A stretch of DNA of 50,537 bases from NCBI GenBank assembly GCA_009785875.1, contig WQUF01000185.1, forward strand, positions 1 through 50,537. The letters run 5' to 3'. Of the stretch, positions 1-9,162 are shown in pieces (the stretch's first letter is position 1; every line of letters begins with the position of its first letter). The notes below the pieces were generated by a model, which searched no databases, was not told where the DNA came from, and saw only the letters and a list, made by a program, of their open reading frames with translations. A program made the position numbers and the translations under genes. Origin of the DNA: Oscillospiraceae bacterium (GTDB lineage: Bacteria > Bacillota > Clostridia > Clostridiales > Clostridiaceae).

Positions 1-1
1 A

Positions 2-130
2 CTTCTACAAAAAGATTTTGACCTTCATAAAAAGATTGTCAAAAATAAATATGGTGAAAGACGTATGAATGAAGCTAGAGAAGCTTTAGTTAGAATTGAT
101 GAAGTTATAGAGGGAAAGAGAGAATTATAG
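2..130 (+). CDS. 3' part of a ~49-aa ORF split by the window ends (hypothetical protein)
   Basis: Frame 2 is open from base 2 to TAG 128..130 (LLQKDFDLHKKIVKNKYGERRMNEAREALVRIDEVIEGKREL*). It joins in frame to ATG 50518 (MDDKII) if base 50537 is followed by base 1. Confidence 0.35.
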   Translation, partial: LLQKDFDLHKKIVKNKYGERRMNEAREALVRIDEVIEGKREL

Positions 131-216
131 ATTAGCAATTTATTAGACATCAAGGTATATTTTTTAGATAAGAAATAATTTTGCGTTACAAAAAAATAGT
201 AATGGGAGGATTGTAA

Positions 217-498
217 GTGCAACTATTATCAAATTTAAGAGAAATAACACAAATCCTTTTTTGTATATTATTTTTGATATTGATGAGTGAATCGCTCAAA
301 AGCAAAATGGATAAAGCTTTAGTGATTCGAAAAATTAAAAAGTTAAGAAATTATAATTTGAGTTGGGAAGAAAAAAATCTGTTAAACAGTTTAGAAAAAG
401 CATTGAATCCAGATTACTTAAAGGTAAATAATGTTGAACTAAATGCACTGATAAAGGATAAAAAAATTCAAAAAGTTACTAATAATAGAATGTGTTAA
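217..498 (+). CDS. Hypothetical small protein with hydrophobic N-terminus
   Basis: GTG 217 lies 7 nt after GGGAGGA (203..209). Hydrophobic segment ILFCILFLILM is followed by a K-rich tail. No family recognised. Confidence 0.35.
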   Translation: MQLLSNLREITQILFCILFLILMSESLKSKMDKALVIRKIKKLRNYNLSWEEKNLLNSLEKALNPDYLKVNNVELNALIKDKKIQKVTNNRMC

Positions 499-529
499 GA
501 GAACATAAACATATTTATAAATTATATAT

Positions 530-800
530 TTATGAGCGAAGCTCATTGATTCAGGGCTTAAAAATCATCGTAAATAAAAGATGAAAATATAGCCCTGAAA
601 GTGATTAGCAAGCAATGGGAAAACATATCCACTTCGTTCCTATTTTTTTCCCGCTTGTTAGTCATATTTCATCTCGCAAGCTCGTGAAATATTGGGGCTA
701 CCGCCCCCTAAGACCCCCGTTAATTTCGATGTATGATACCATCAGAAGAATTATATATTAACTGACGGCGCAGTTAATATAGGTTATGCAATTTGAAGCC
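530..800. promoter_or_regulatory. Candidate origin of transfer (oriT) region
   Basis: Non-coding, locally GC-richer DNA just upstream of mobC/relaxase with several inverted repeats: 550..558/591..599 (TTCAGGGCT/AGCCCTGAA), 664..671/685..692 (ATATTTCA/TGAAATAT), 754..764/771..781 (TATATTAACTG/CAGTTAATATA), plus a C-rich tract GGGGCTACCGCCCCCTAAGACCCCC (694..718). The nic site cannot be assigned by eye. Confidence 0.45.
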
Positions 801-862
801 ATAAACACTTGAATATTTTAATCGATTATCAAATTAATACAGAGAATAACAAAAGCTTTTTG

Positions 863-877
863 AACTCACCGTGAGTT
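863..877. repeat. Dispersed palindrome copy 1, AACTCAC-C-GTGAGTT (perfect 19 bp over 861..879)
   Basis: Read directly: tGAACTCACcGTGAGTTCa. Intergenic, 165 nt upstream of the mobC start. Confidence 0.95.
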
Positions 878-1042
878 CATTTAGTAAGTAGAATTAATTT
901 AGCAATTACTGTTTTTCATATTGATAATGAGAGGTATATGCATGAGAATAGTAATTCTTTTATTTTATTTTTTTATAAATGGTTTTGAAATAATTAAACA
1001 TAAAGTTAAAGACAATTTATTAGATGCAAAGGAGTACATTAA

Positions 1043-1378
1043 GTGGCAGAGAAAGACAGAAAAAGAAGAAAGCAATTTCTTCTACATCTACTATATGAAG
1101 AATATGAAGTGCTTTGTGAAAAGGCAAGTGACGCTAAAATGACAAAATCAGAATTCGTGAGAAATGTAATTTTATATGGGGCTGCCAGAGGTAAAAGAAA
1201 TTTCAGTACAGAGGACGCAGTTAAAATTTGTTATGAGCTTAACAGAATTGGAAACAATATTAATCAAATTGCTTATCAAGCTAATAGAGATTCCTTTGTA
1301 AGCAGGAATGATATTGATACATTAAAAGACCAATATGAAAAAATTCTTGATTTGTTTAGCAGTTTTGCTATGACATAA
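1043..1378 (+). CDS. mobC: MobC-family relaxosome accessory protein
   Basis: GTG 1043 lies 8 nt after AAAGGAG. LNRIGNNINQIAYQAN matches the MobC signature (IG-x-N-x-NQIA). Directly precedes the relaxase gene. Confidence 0.85.
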   Translation: MAEKDRKRRKQFLLHLLYEEYEVLCEKASDAKMTKSEFVRNVILYGAARGKRNFSTEDAVKICYELNRIGNNINQIAYQANRDSFVSRNDIDTLKDQYEKILDLFSSFAMT

Positions 1379-1386
1379 GGAGACAT

Positions 1387-3351
1387 ATGGCTATAACAAA
1401 AATATTCAAAATTACTACAACTGTGTATCGTTCAATTAAATATGCTGAGAATGATAAATACGAAGTAAAAGAGATTAATGATAATCGAGAAGATGATATA
1501 AGTAGAAGTATTTCATATGCTGAAAGAGATAAAATAATTTCAAACGATAAATTCAGTTTAAATGTTTATAAAACATTTAATTCTTATAACATATGCACTA
1601 GTGGAAATGCTAATAAAATTTTTGAGAAGTGTAAGGAAGATGGATTAAGGCGAAACAAAAGCAAACAGAAATTAACTAAAGATGGTGAAATGATTATTGC
1701 ATATCATTTATTTCAGAGTTTTGAAACAAATGAAAAAATGCCAGCGCACGTCGCAAATGAAATAGGCTCAAAACTTGTTAAAGAAGTCTTTCCTAATTAT
1801 CCATGTGTCATATCGACGCACACGAACACCGATAACATACATAATCATATAATTATTTGCGCTTGGGATGTAAATGGGCGCAAATGGAATGACGACTTAA
1901 ATAGCAAAAGATTAATCAGGAGAGCATCGGACAAATTGTGCGAGGAGTATGGTCTGAATGTTCTTTATGAAACACAAGATATGAAGGTATGCAAATACAA
2001 AGATAAAAACGGAATCACAAGATTTTTTGAGCCAACTGACCGCAAAATAAATTTAGCAAAAGAGAGACAGCTAGATGAAATAATAGGAGACGTTAACGAC
2101 TATAGAAATACTAAGTCTTATGCAGATTATGTTGAAACAAAATTAAAAAGAGAAGATATAATAAAGAATGATATTGATAAGATTTTGCCAATTGTAATAA
2201 GCTATGATGATTTACTTGATAGGTTAAAAGATATAGGATATAAAATAAATGATAAGAAGAAAAATGGCGAGTGGTTGAAACATATAACATTTACGGCACC
2301 TTCCCATGAAAAAGGAGTAAGAGATAATAAAATAGGTGATGGGATTTTTTACTTACGAGAAAATTTAACTTCATATATCGATAAGCTATACCAAGACCGA
2401 AATATAAACAAACAAGAATTTGATGATGAATCTCTTAGAAAGAAATCTATTGAAATTGAAAAAGAAAAAATTGATAAAGAAGACAATCTAAGGCTTGAGG
2501 ATATTAAAAATTTAGAAAAAGATTATATAGAAGAATATAGATATGAGAATTTAGATGTTTCCAAAATAGATGAAGAAAAGAGAGTCGCTAAAGATACGGA
2601 TGGCAGTTTTTATTATGAGCCAAGAAGCAGTATTGAAAAAATTATTTTGCTTGATATAAAGAAAACAGATATCGAGGTTCGTGGATTAATAGACACTAGC
2701 GGTTTAAAGAGAATTATTGAAGAACAAAACAGAGCAAAAAAAGAGAGGAAAAAAGGTTCTTTATCTAAAAGAGAGGAAGAATTAATAAGACAAATTAGAG
2801 AGTCTTTTGAGAGTTTGCGTACGGCTGAGAACTATAAAATTAGAGATTATGAACATGTTAACTCTATTTATAGAGCTACGTATGAAAAATACATGGATAG
2901 CTTAAATCAGCTTAATCAAGCCGACCAAATAATAAGCCATTTCAAAACCGTACTGGAAGTCCCAAAGCAAGCATTTGAGCTTCAGGAAAAAGTAAATGCA
3001 AGTAAAAACAATATTGATTATATGTTTGAATCATATACAGATGACGTGTATACCTTAGAAAAAATGAAAAATACAATGTCCCAATATAAAATAGAAGATG
3101 AGGATGGGCGAGAAAAACTTAAAAATAAAATCTTAGACGCAGAAAAACGTGTTGCAGAATTAAAATCCCGTCTGTTTAGTTATGATGATGAAATACAGGA
3201 GCTTAAACAATGTATACGTGTCCTTGATAGAATCAGTGAAGAATCTGGTAATCACATTCCAATAAATAGTAATAATGAAATGAAATCAGAAGACCAACGC
3301 GATTCTACGATGATAAGCAATAGAAAACGAGATAGCAGAAACAAAGCATAA
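1387..3351 (+). CDS. Conjugative relaxase, MobA/VirD2 (MOBP/MOBQ-like) N-terminal domain with long coiled-coil C-terminus
   Basis: N-terminal Tyr region (TVYRSIKYAEND). STHTNTDNIHNHIII is the HxDxDxxHxH histidine-triad motif III, as in RP4 TraI. K/E-rich helical tail. Confidence 0.85.
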   Translation: MAITKIFKITTTVYRSIKYAENDKYEVKEINDNREDDISRSISYAERDKIISNDKFSLNVYKTFNSYNICTSGNANKIFEKCKEDGLRRNKSKQKLTKDGEMIIAYHLFQSFETNEKMPAHVANEIGSKLVKEVFPNYPCVISTHTNTDNIHNHIIICAWDVNGRKWNDDLNSKRLIRRASDKLCEEYGLNVLYETQDMKVCKYKDKNGITRFFEPTDRKINLAKERQLDEIIGDVNDYRNTKSYADYVETKLKREDIIKNDIDKILPIVISYDDLLDRLKDIGYKINDKKKNGEWLKHITFTAPSHEKGVRDNKIGDGIFYLRENLTSYIDKLYQDRNINKQEFDDESLRKKSIEIEKEKIDKEDNLRLEDIKNLEKDYIEEYRYENLDVSKIDEEKRVAKDTDGSFYYEPRSSIEKIILLDIKKTDIEVRGLIDTSGLKRIIEEQNRAKKERKKGSLSKREEELIRQIRESFESLRTAENYKIRDYEHVNSIYRATYEKYMDSLNQLNQADQIISHFKTVLEVPKQAFELQEKVNASKNNIDYMFESYTDDVYTLEKMKNTMSQYKIEDEDGREKLKNKILDAEKRVAELKSRLFSYDDEIQELKQCIRVLDRISEESGNHIPINSNNEMKSEDQRDSTMISNRKRDSRNKA

Positions 3352-3403
3352 AAATATCTTCATTTTAAACTAAATGATTTTTTATAGAATAATTATGATA
3401 TCC

Positions 3404-3434
3404 AAAGACAACTAAAAAAGGTTGTCTTTTTTTT
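3404..3434 (+). terminator. Rho-independent terminator after the relaxase gene
   Basis: AAAGACAAC (3404..3412) pairs with GTTGTCTTT (3421..3429). 8-nt loop, then a T-run to 3434. Confidence 0.6.
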
Positions 3435-3542
3435 ATTAATTTATTTCACTAAATATTTTTAAAGAATTTTTTTCTTTTGGTTCCGTAAATTGTCATTTTA
3501 TAAGACATAATAAATTTTTATAATATTTTTTGATGGTTTAGC

Positions 3543-3571
3543 TTGCATTTTGTAGAATTATATTCTATACT
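3543..3571 (+). promoter_or_regulatory. Candidate sigma-70 promoter for the T4SS operon
   Basis: TTGCAT (3543..3548), 17-nt spacer, TATACT (3566..3571). Lies 62 nt upstream of the 3634 start. Confidence 0.4.
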
Positions 3572-3633
3572 TACTAAAAGATAAGTGTTATGCCAATACA
3601 CATAACTGATGAAATTGGAAATGAGGGAAAAAA

Positions 3634-5730
3634 GTGTCAGATTTCGGTACAGACGTTGGAAATACAACAATTCAAGCTATGGGAAATGTAACCACAAAAA
3701 CGCTTGAATTAATTGGTGAAATTTTTAAAGCTTTACTTCAATACTGGTTAAATAGCAACGAAAGAAAAATTGCTCAAATGAAACTAGATGGTATGAAAGA
3801 TGAAAAGGCAAAAAAAGAATTTTTAGATGAAATAGATGGTAAAGTTGGATTTGTCTCTCATGAGGAACTTATGAAAGCTGGAGTTCCAATTATACCAATT
3901 GAAATGTCCATGAGTGAGGAAGATTTTCAGAAATTTTCAGAATTATGTAAAGAAAACAATGTGATGATTAGCGGTGTTATGGACGTAAGGGATATGGCAT
4001 TAAACGGTAAAAAATCATTTATCCTTGAATGTAAACAGCAAGACCTTGAAAAGATTAAGAATCTAGTTGAGCTATTTAATGACCAAAAGAAAATTAAAGA
4101 TTATGAAGGACGTATCGAAGAAATAAAAAAGAAAGCTGAGAGAATAGACCCAGATACAGGAGAGGTCGTTGTTAATTTATCAGACCAAGATAAGTTTGAC
4201 ATAAGCTTTCTCAGACAAAAAATTCAAGAATTTAAGGACGGATTTAGCAAAAGCTTTAATGACGCACAATCAAAGTCTGCTATTGATAAAGCATTATATG
4301 GCAATATACAAGATGGAATGACTTTAGATGGAGCTTTAAATGAACTTATAAATAGAGAGATTAACAAAGATACAACATTTATCGTTGCAGACGCTAAAGA
4401 CCCCAAAAAACATATAGTATGCGAATCCAAACCCTATGTGTTTCAAGGGAATCCAAGTGTAAAAACTAACTATACGGTATACGATGGAGTAAAAAAAGTG
4501 TTCAAAGGTAATGATGAGCAAATTGTTGGTAGAAATCATAAAGAATATTGGAAAAACTTAAAAGAATCAATTAGAAACAGCGTAGGTATAGGAGACTTTG
4601 TATACAGATTTAATAATGCCAATGACTATAGTAATTACGTAAAAGAACTTGATAAGCTTAACAAGGTTGGTTTAACAAATACACATCTTGCAAGCGAGAA
4701 AATAAATTTCGACGCTGTTTATTCTGAACTTATGTACAAGCTTATGGAATGCGGAGCCGAGTATAAAAATGGAGTTATCATCGATAGTGCGTCGCAAAAA
4801 CCAATTATGGAATTAAACCCAGAATCACCTATGATTGGTAAAGCTCTTATGTTAGGCGAACAACTTCAACTGTATCAATATATTCAAAAGATTGAAAATG
4901 AATATGTACGGGCGCATTCCATGATGACGCAGCAAATAAGCGCAGGTGTTGAATACCAGTCAACAGTGAATTATCTAAATGAACTAAAAGGTTATTATTC
5001 AAAAGCTTTAAATGATAGAGAGATACTAATTGATAAGCTTGAAACATTTAATGCGACTATTGCAAAAGAAAAAAGTGAAAAGGAAATCAAAGATTATAGT
5101 AAAACAGATGATAGCCGTGATGATGTAATAATTAATGATACAAGAAATTATAGTAGTATAGTTTTAAACCTTAAAGATGAGCTTCTCAAATATAATGTCG
5201 TGTATGTAAATGAAACTCTTTACAATTCAAGAGTCGGTTTGCCACTTAATAATGAGGATACTTCATATTTAACATCAGACCAAATTGCACACTTAGACGA
5301 AATCAATATAATTGGAAATCAAATTAAAAACTATGCGATACTTCGAAGTATAAGAGAAGATTACATAACAGCTCATGCTTTAATGGAAAGCTCAAAGAGG
5401 AAAATCGAAGATAAGCAAAACTTCGGAAATCCAGAAGACCCAGTAACACAAAAAGAAATTAATGAACTACAAGAACAAATTAATGAGGTTAATAATCTCG
5501 GTAATATATATGGTCAGTATATAGCATATGAAAAATTACTAGCTGATAAACGTTTAGAATTTGATGATAAGAATGAATACGAACAAAAGGTTAATGAAAA
5601 TGTTAAGGGTGGCAGAACATCAACTTTGAAAGAAGCAAAAGAAAAAGTACAGAATCTAAAGAAAGAAGATGGAGCAGGCTCGAAAATTTCAGATAGCATT
5701 TCGAGGAAGGTTAAAGAACGTTCGGAATAG
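3634..5730 (+). CDS. PcfB/DUF3801-like N-terminal domain protein with long coiled-coil extension (relaxosome/T4CP accessory?)
   Basis: GTG start after GAGGGAAAAAA. GKVGFVSHEELMKAGVPI...FQKFSELCKENNVMISGVMD...SFILECKQQDLEKI resembles the DUF3801 pattern that precedes VirD4 genes in Firmicutes elements. The remainder is unassigned. Confidence 0.45.
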   Translation: MSDFGTDVGNTTIQAMGNVTTKTLELIGEIFKALLQYWLNSNERKIAQMKLDGMKDEKAKKEFLDEIDGKVGFVSHEELMKAGVPIIPIEMSMSEEDFQKFSELCKENNVMISGVMDVRDMALNGKKSFILECKQQDLEKIKNLVELFNDQKKIKDYEGRIEEIKKKAERIDPDTGEVVVNLSDQDKFDISFLRQKIQEFKDGFSKSFNDAQSKSAIDKALYGNIQDGMTLDGALNELINREINKDTTFIVADAKDPKKHIVCESKPYVFQGNPSVKTNYTVYDGVKKVFKGNDEQIVGRNHKEYWKNLKESIRNSVGIGDFVYRFNNANDYSNYVKELDKLNKVGLTNTHLASEKINFDAVYSELMYKLMECGAEYKNGVIIDSASQKPIMELNPESPMIGKALMLGEQLQLYQYIQKIENEYVRAHSMMTQQISAGVEYQSTVNYLNELKGYYSKALNDREILIDKLETFNATIAKEKSEKEIKDYSKTDDSRDDVIINDTRNYSSIVLNLKDELLKYNVVYVNETLYNSRVGLPLNNEDTSYLTSDQIAHLDEINIIGNQIKNYAILRSIREDYITAHALMESSKRKIEDKQNFGNPEDPVTQKEINELQEQINEVNNLGNIYGQYIAYEKLLADKRLEFDDKNEYEQKVNENVKGGRTSTLKEAKEKVQNLKKEDGAGSKISDSISRKVKERSE

Positions 5731-5762
5731 ACAGCTAAATGAGGTTACCCTATGGTAAAAAT

Positions 5763-5777
5763 AACTCACGGTGAGTT
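5763..5777. repeat. Dispersed palindrome copy 2, AACTCAC-G-GTGAGTT
   Basis: Read directly. Intergenic, 55 nt upstream of the T4CP start. Confidence 0.95.
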
Positions 5778-5832
5778 CAAAAAGAGGTGAAGGGAAATAG
5801 AACCGAAAAAAAAGAGCAGTTTTAATTTTGTA

Positions 5833-8604
5833 ATGGCAATTTTAGCTTTACTCCTTGTTATATATGTAACACTTCAAGGTTGTGTTGTTTACAAGAACCT
5901 TTCACCTCAACAAACATCTACTAATATATTTACTTCTCTTGATATTTATATAACGGGATTTGAAGAAAGAATAGCGAAGGAACCTTTTTCATTTGAAGTA
6001 ACTGAAAATACCACAAAAGCATTAGAAATTACGTGTTTAGCTTGGCTTATAGTCGTTTTGTACATATACAGTTCCAAAAGAAAATACATACGTGGTAAAG
6101 AGTATGGAACAGCTAGATGGGCAAGTTCAGGTGAACTTAGGAAATTACGTTCTGAATATTTGATGAATGAAGAAATCAAAAAAGTTCGTCAGTCACGTCT
6201 TGTTTTTATCAGATATTTTATGGAAAAAAAAGCATTAAAAAAATGCGATGATGATGGTAAAAAATTAAAATCGCTACTTTTAAGAGAATTAAACGAACAA
6301 GTAGAAGCATTAAAAGAAAACAATTCTTATGATGATGAGATTTATAGTGCAAAAAAGAAAGAAATAAATATGAAAGTCAAAGAGTTCGTTCATTTTGCAA
6401 AAATAGAATCATGGAAACCTTACGCAATTAAGGTGAAGTATGAAGAATCAGTAAAGGAATTAGAAGATAAATTAAAATATCGAATACTCAAGGAAAATGA
6501 AAAGGAAATTGAATTAGAAAAGGTTTATAAAGAATACAAAAAGTCACTTCACAACTTTTATTATGGTAAATCAAGAATCAGGTCTATTGAACAAAAATAT
6601 ATGAACTCCGATGAATACTTCACTCAAACAGAGAAAATAAGTATATACAATCTGCTCCTTAATAGAAACACACTAATAGTAGGCGGTAGTGGTAGTGGTA
6701 AAACTCGTGGTTATGGTATTCCTAACATATTGCAGACAAATAGCTCATTTGTGATAACAGACCCTAAGAGCGACATCCTTTTAAGATGTGGTTATTTTCT
6801 TTCTAAAGTGAAGGGATATAAGATACATGTTTTAAATTTAGATAATAAAGCAAAATCAGATGGTTACAATCCATTTGTTTATATACGACCAGAACGGGAA
6901 GGTTATGAAGAGCGAATTCTTATGCTCATCGAAACTATAATCATAAACACAGATGGTGGCGAAAAAAGAAATTCTAATGACCCGTTTTGGGACAAGGCTG
7001 AAAGATTATTTCTGCAATCTATATTTTTCTTTACATGTGATGGTTTTGAATTATCTGACCGCAATATGAATACCGTTTTAGCTTTAATCGCAATGCTACA
7101 AATCGCTGAGGAGGAAGACAAATATGATAGTGACCTAGATTATTATGCAAAAATATTTGAAAGAGAACATGGTTCTGAACATATAGGAGTGCAACAATTT
7201 AAGGAGTTCAGAAGCAAAGCAAGTGGAAAAACTGCAAAATCTATAGTCATATCAGCTATAGCCCGTTTAGCTCCTTTTAGAACAGAAGCAGTAAGAAGGA
7301 TATTCAGCTATGACACTATGGGACTTGACAGGTTAGGTGAGGAAAAGACTGCTATATTCATCGTTGTACCTCCCACAGATGGTACGTTCAACTTCATAGC
7401 AGGTATGGTATTTTCTCAAATGTTTCAAGAATTACAATACTCTGCTACGGAAATACATAAACGTGAAGGTCAAAAACTCCCAGTACCAGTAAAATTCATT
7501 CTAGATGAATTTGCTAACACTTGCACTATACCGAATTTTCTTAAAATACTAGCTTATGCAAGGTCTTTTGGTATCGGAATTTCAATAATTATCCAAAGCC
7601 TTGACCAGATAAAAAACATGTACAAAGAAGAGTACGGTATTCTTATCGATAACTGTGATACACTCCTTTATCTTGGTAACATAAAGCACAATGAAACACT
7701 GGAATATATGTCAAAATTACTAGGCAAGGGAACCTATGATAAAAAGACCACAGGGCGTACAAAAGGAAGGCAAGGGAGCTTTTCAACTAACTATGATGTA
7801 TTTGGTCGTGAATTACTAGACCCTTCTGAAATAATGAAAATGCCAAAGGAAAAATGCCTATTAATAGTGAGTGGGAAGAATCCTTTTTATAGCACTAAGT
7901 ATGATTTAACAAAACATCCAAATTATATGTTTACTTCGGATGCTAATGAATCTTATTTATTTGATTATAACCCACCGCAAAAACCCAAGGAGTTTCTTCC
8001 TAATAATACTGAAACTGAAAAAGTAATAACTCACGGTGAGTTCGCTAAATCACAAAAAGAATTGAAACCAAGCAAAAATACTTTAGTGGATTTTGAAGAA
8101 ATCAAGTTAAATCTTGATTACGCTAAAATAGCGAACAAGCTTGGTCGAAGTTTGCGCCATTATATACCTATTCCAGACAGTTTCTTTAATGTTAATGGAA
8201 CAGAAGAAAAACTTACAAAAGAAGAAAACGAAATAATTCTTGGATTTTTAACTGATAAGGAAACAAAAGATGAAGCAGATAGAATGTTTTCTCTGTCGTC
8301 AAAAACTATGGAGGTTATCGAAAAAGCAGAAGATGATGAGATAAAGATAGACACCAATGTTTATTCTATTGCTCATAAGATAACCACTATTGGTAGGTAT
8401 CTTGCGCCTATTCCAGATAAACTTTTTGGCGCAGAAGAACTACCTGTTCTTTCAGAAGAACAAAATACCATAATTTTTGAAGAGATTGAAAACAGCGAGT
8501 TAGAAAGCAATTTAAATGATATCAAAGAAATGTCGGGGGGTGTGATAAATGACTTAATTGATGATTTACCTATACCAATGAGAGATATAGTAATTCAGAC
8601 TTAG
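5833..8604 (+). CDS. virD4: Type IV coupling protein (VirD4/TraG family)
   Basis: Two N-terminal TM helices, GTARWA motif, Walker A GGSGSGKTRG, Walker B-like VKFILDEFAN, IIQSLDQ motif. Extra K/E-rich insert and a long C-terminal tail. Confidence 0.9.
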   Translation: MAILALLLVIYVTLQGCVVYKNLSPQQTSTNIFTSLDIYITGFEERIAKEPFSFEVTENTTKALEITCLAWLIVVLYIYSSKRKYIRGKEYGTARWASSGELRKLRSEYLMNEEIKKVRQSRLVFIRYFMEKKALKKCDDDGKKLKSLLLRELNEQVEALKENNSYDDEIYSAKKKEINMKVKEFVHFAKIESWKPYAIKVKYEESVKELEDKLKYRILKENEKEIELEKVYKEYKKSLHNFYYGKSRIRSIEQKYMNSDEYFTQTEKISIYNLLLNRNTLIVGGSGSGKTRGYGIPNILQTNSSFVITDPKSDILLRCGYFLSKVKGYKIHVLNLDNKAKSDGYNPFVYIRPEREGYEERILMLIETIIINTDGGEKRNSNDPFWDKAERLFLQSIFFFTCDGFELSDRNMNTVLALIAMLQIAEEEDKYDSDLDYYAKIFEREHGSEHIGVQQFKEFRSKASGKTAKSIVISAIARLAPFRTEAVRRIFSYDTMGLDRLGEEKTAIFIVVPPTDGTFNFIAGMVFSQMFQELQYSATEIHKREGQKLPVPVKFILDEFANTCTIPNFLKILAYARSFGIGISIIIQSLDQIKNMYKEEYGILIDNCDTLLYLGNIKHNETLEYMSKLLGKGTYDKKTTGRTKGRQGSFSTNYDVFGRELLDPSEIMKMPKEKCLLIVSGKNPFYSTKYDLTKHPNYMFTSDANESYLFDYNPPQKPKEFLPNNTETEKVITHGEFAKSQKELKPSKNTLVDFEEIKLNLDYAKIANKLGRSLRHYIPIPDSFFNVNGTEEKLTKEENEIILGFLTDKETKDEADRMFSLSSKTMEVIEKAEDDEIKIDTNVYSIAHKITTIGRYLAPIPDKLFGAEELPVLSEEQNTIIFEEIENSELESNLNDIKEMSGGVINDLIDDLPIPMRDIVIQT
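8028..8042. repeat. Dispersed palindrome copy 3, AACTCAC-G-GTGAGTT (inside virD4)
   Basis: Read directly. In frame it encodes I-T-H-G-E-F. Confidence 0.95.
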
Positions 8605-8678
8605 TACCAATTCAAAAGACTTTCTAGGTTTGACGCAACAAAATTTACATAAAAATATGAGCGAAAAGAGGATGAGAA

Positions 8679-9077
8679 ATGAACAAGGAACAAATGGATA
8701 CAAGTGTAAAAGAAACAAAAGAACTATTTTGGAAAGATTCATTAAAAAAAATCGGAAATTTTTTATTGAGAAATGCTCCGATAATATGTGTTGTTCTTCT
8801 TTTCATAATAGTTGTACTTCCACACACTGTACTGGCAACTGGAATACAAGATAATGCTCAAGCTGAAAAAATGTGGACAGACATGGCAACTCTTATACAA
8901 AAATGGGTAACTCGACTCGGCGGTGTAGTTATGTTCGTAGGCGGAATCATGTTTGGACTCGGCTGGAAGAACGACGATGCTGAGGGTAAGTCCCGTGGCA
9001 TAAATACACTAATAGCTGGTGCTATAGTGGCTGCGGTTGCTGCAACAGCAGGTACATTCTTCACGATGGGTGCTTAA
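8679..9077 (+). CDS. VirB2/TrbC-pilin-like small membrane protein
   Basis: RBS AGAGGATGAG. Signal-like segment IICVVLLFIIVVLPHTVLATG plus two hydrophobic helices (LGGVVMFVGGIMFGLGW; LIAGAIVAAVAATAGTFF). Sits between the T4CP and VirB6-like genes. Confidence 0.45.
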   Translation: MNKEQMDTSVKETKELFWKDSLKKIGNFLLRNAPIICVVLLFIIVVLPHTVLATGIQDNAQAEKMWTDMATLIQKWVTRLGGVVMFVGGIMFGLGWKNDDAEGKSRGINTLIAGAIVAAVAATAGTFFTMGA

Positions 9078-9094
9078 TAATAGATAGAAAAAAT

Positions 9095-9135
9095 AAGCCG
9101 TGATGTCTCTAATGTAATATGGCATTACGGCTTTT
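9095..9135 (+). terminator. Intercistronic hairpin / partial terminator after the pilin-like gene
   Basis: AAGCCGTGATG (9095..9105) pairs with CATTACGGCTT (9123..9133) with one G-U pair. 17-nt loop, short T-run. Confidence 0.4.
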
Positions 9136-9162
9136 AAAAAGGCAAAGAAAAGAGGTGATGTA

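Noticed and set aside
921-1142. 73-aa ORF overlapping the mobC start
   Set aside because: It has no convincing RBS and overlaps the well-supported GTG 1043/RBS of mobC in another frame. The translation is typical of AT-rich non-coding DNA.
8630-8854. 74-aa ORF upstream of and overlapping the pilin-like gene, and minus-strand ORFs 8645..8827 and 8858..9064
   Set aside because: The 8679 start has an RBS and yields a coherent signal-peptide plus two-TM protein. The alternatives have no RBS and no coherent features.
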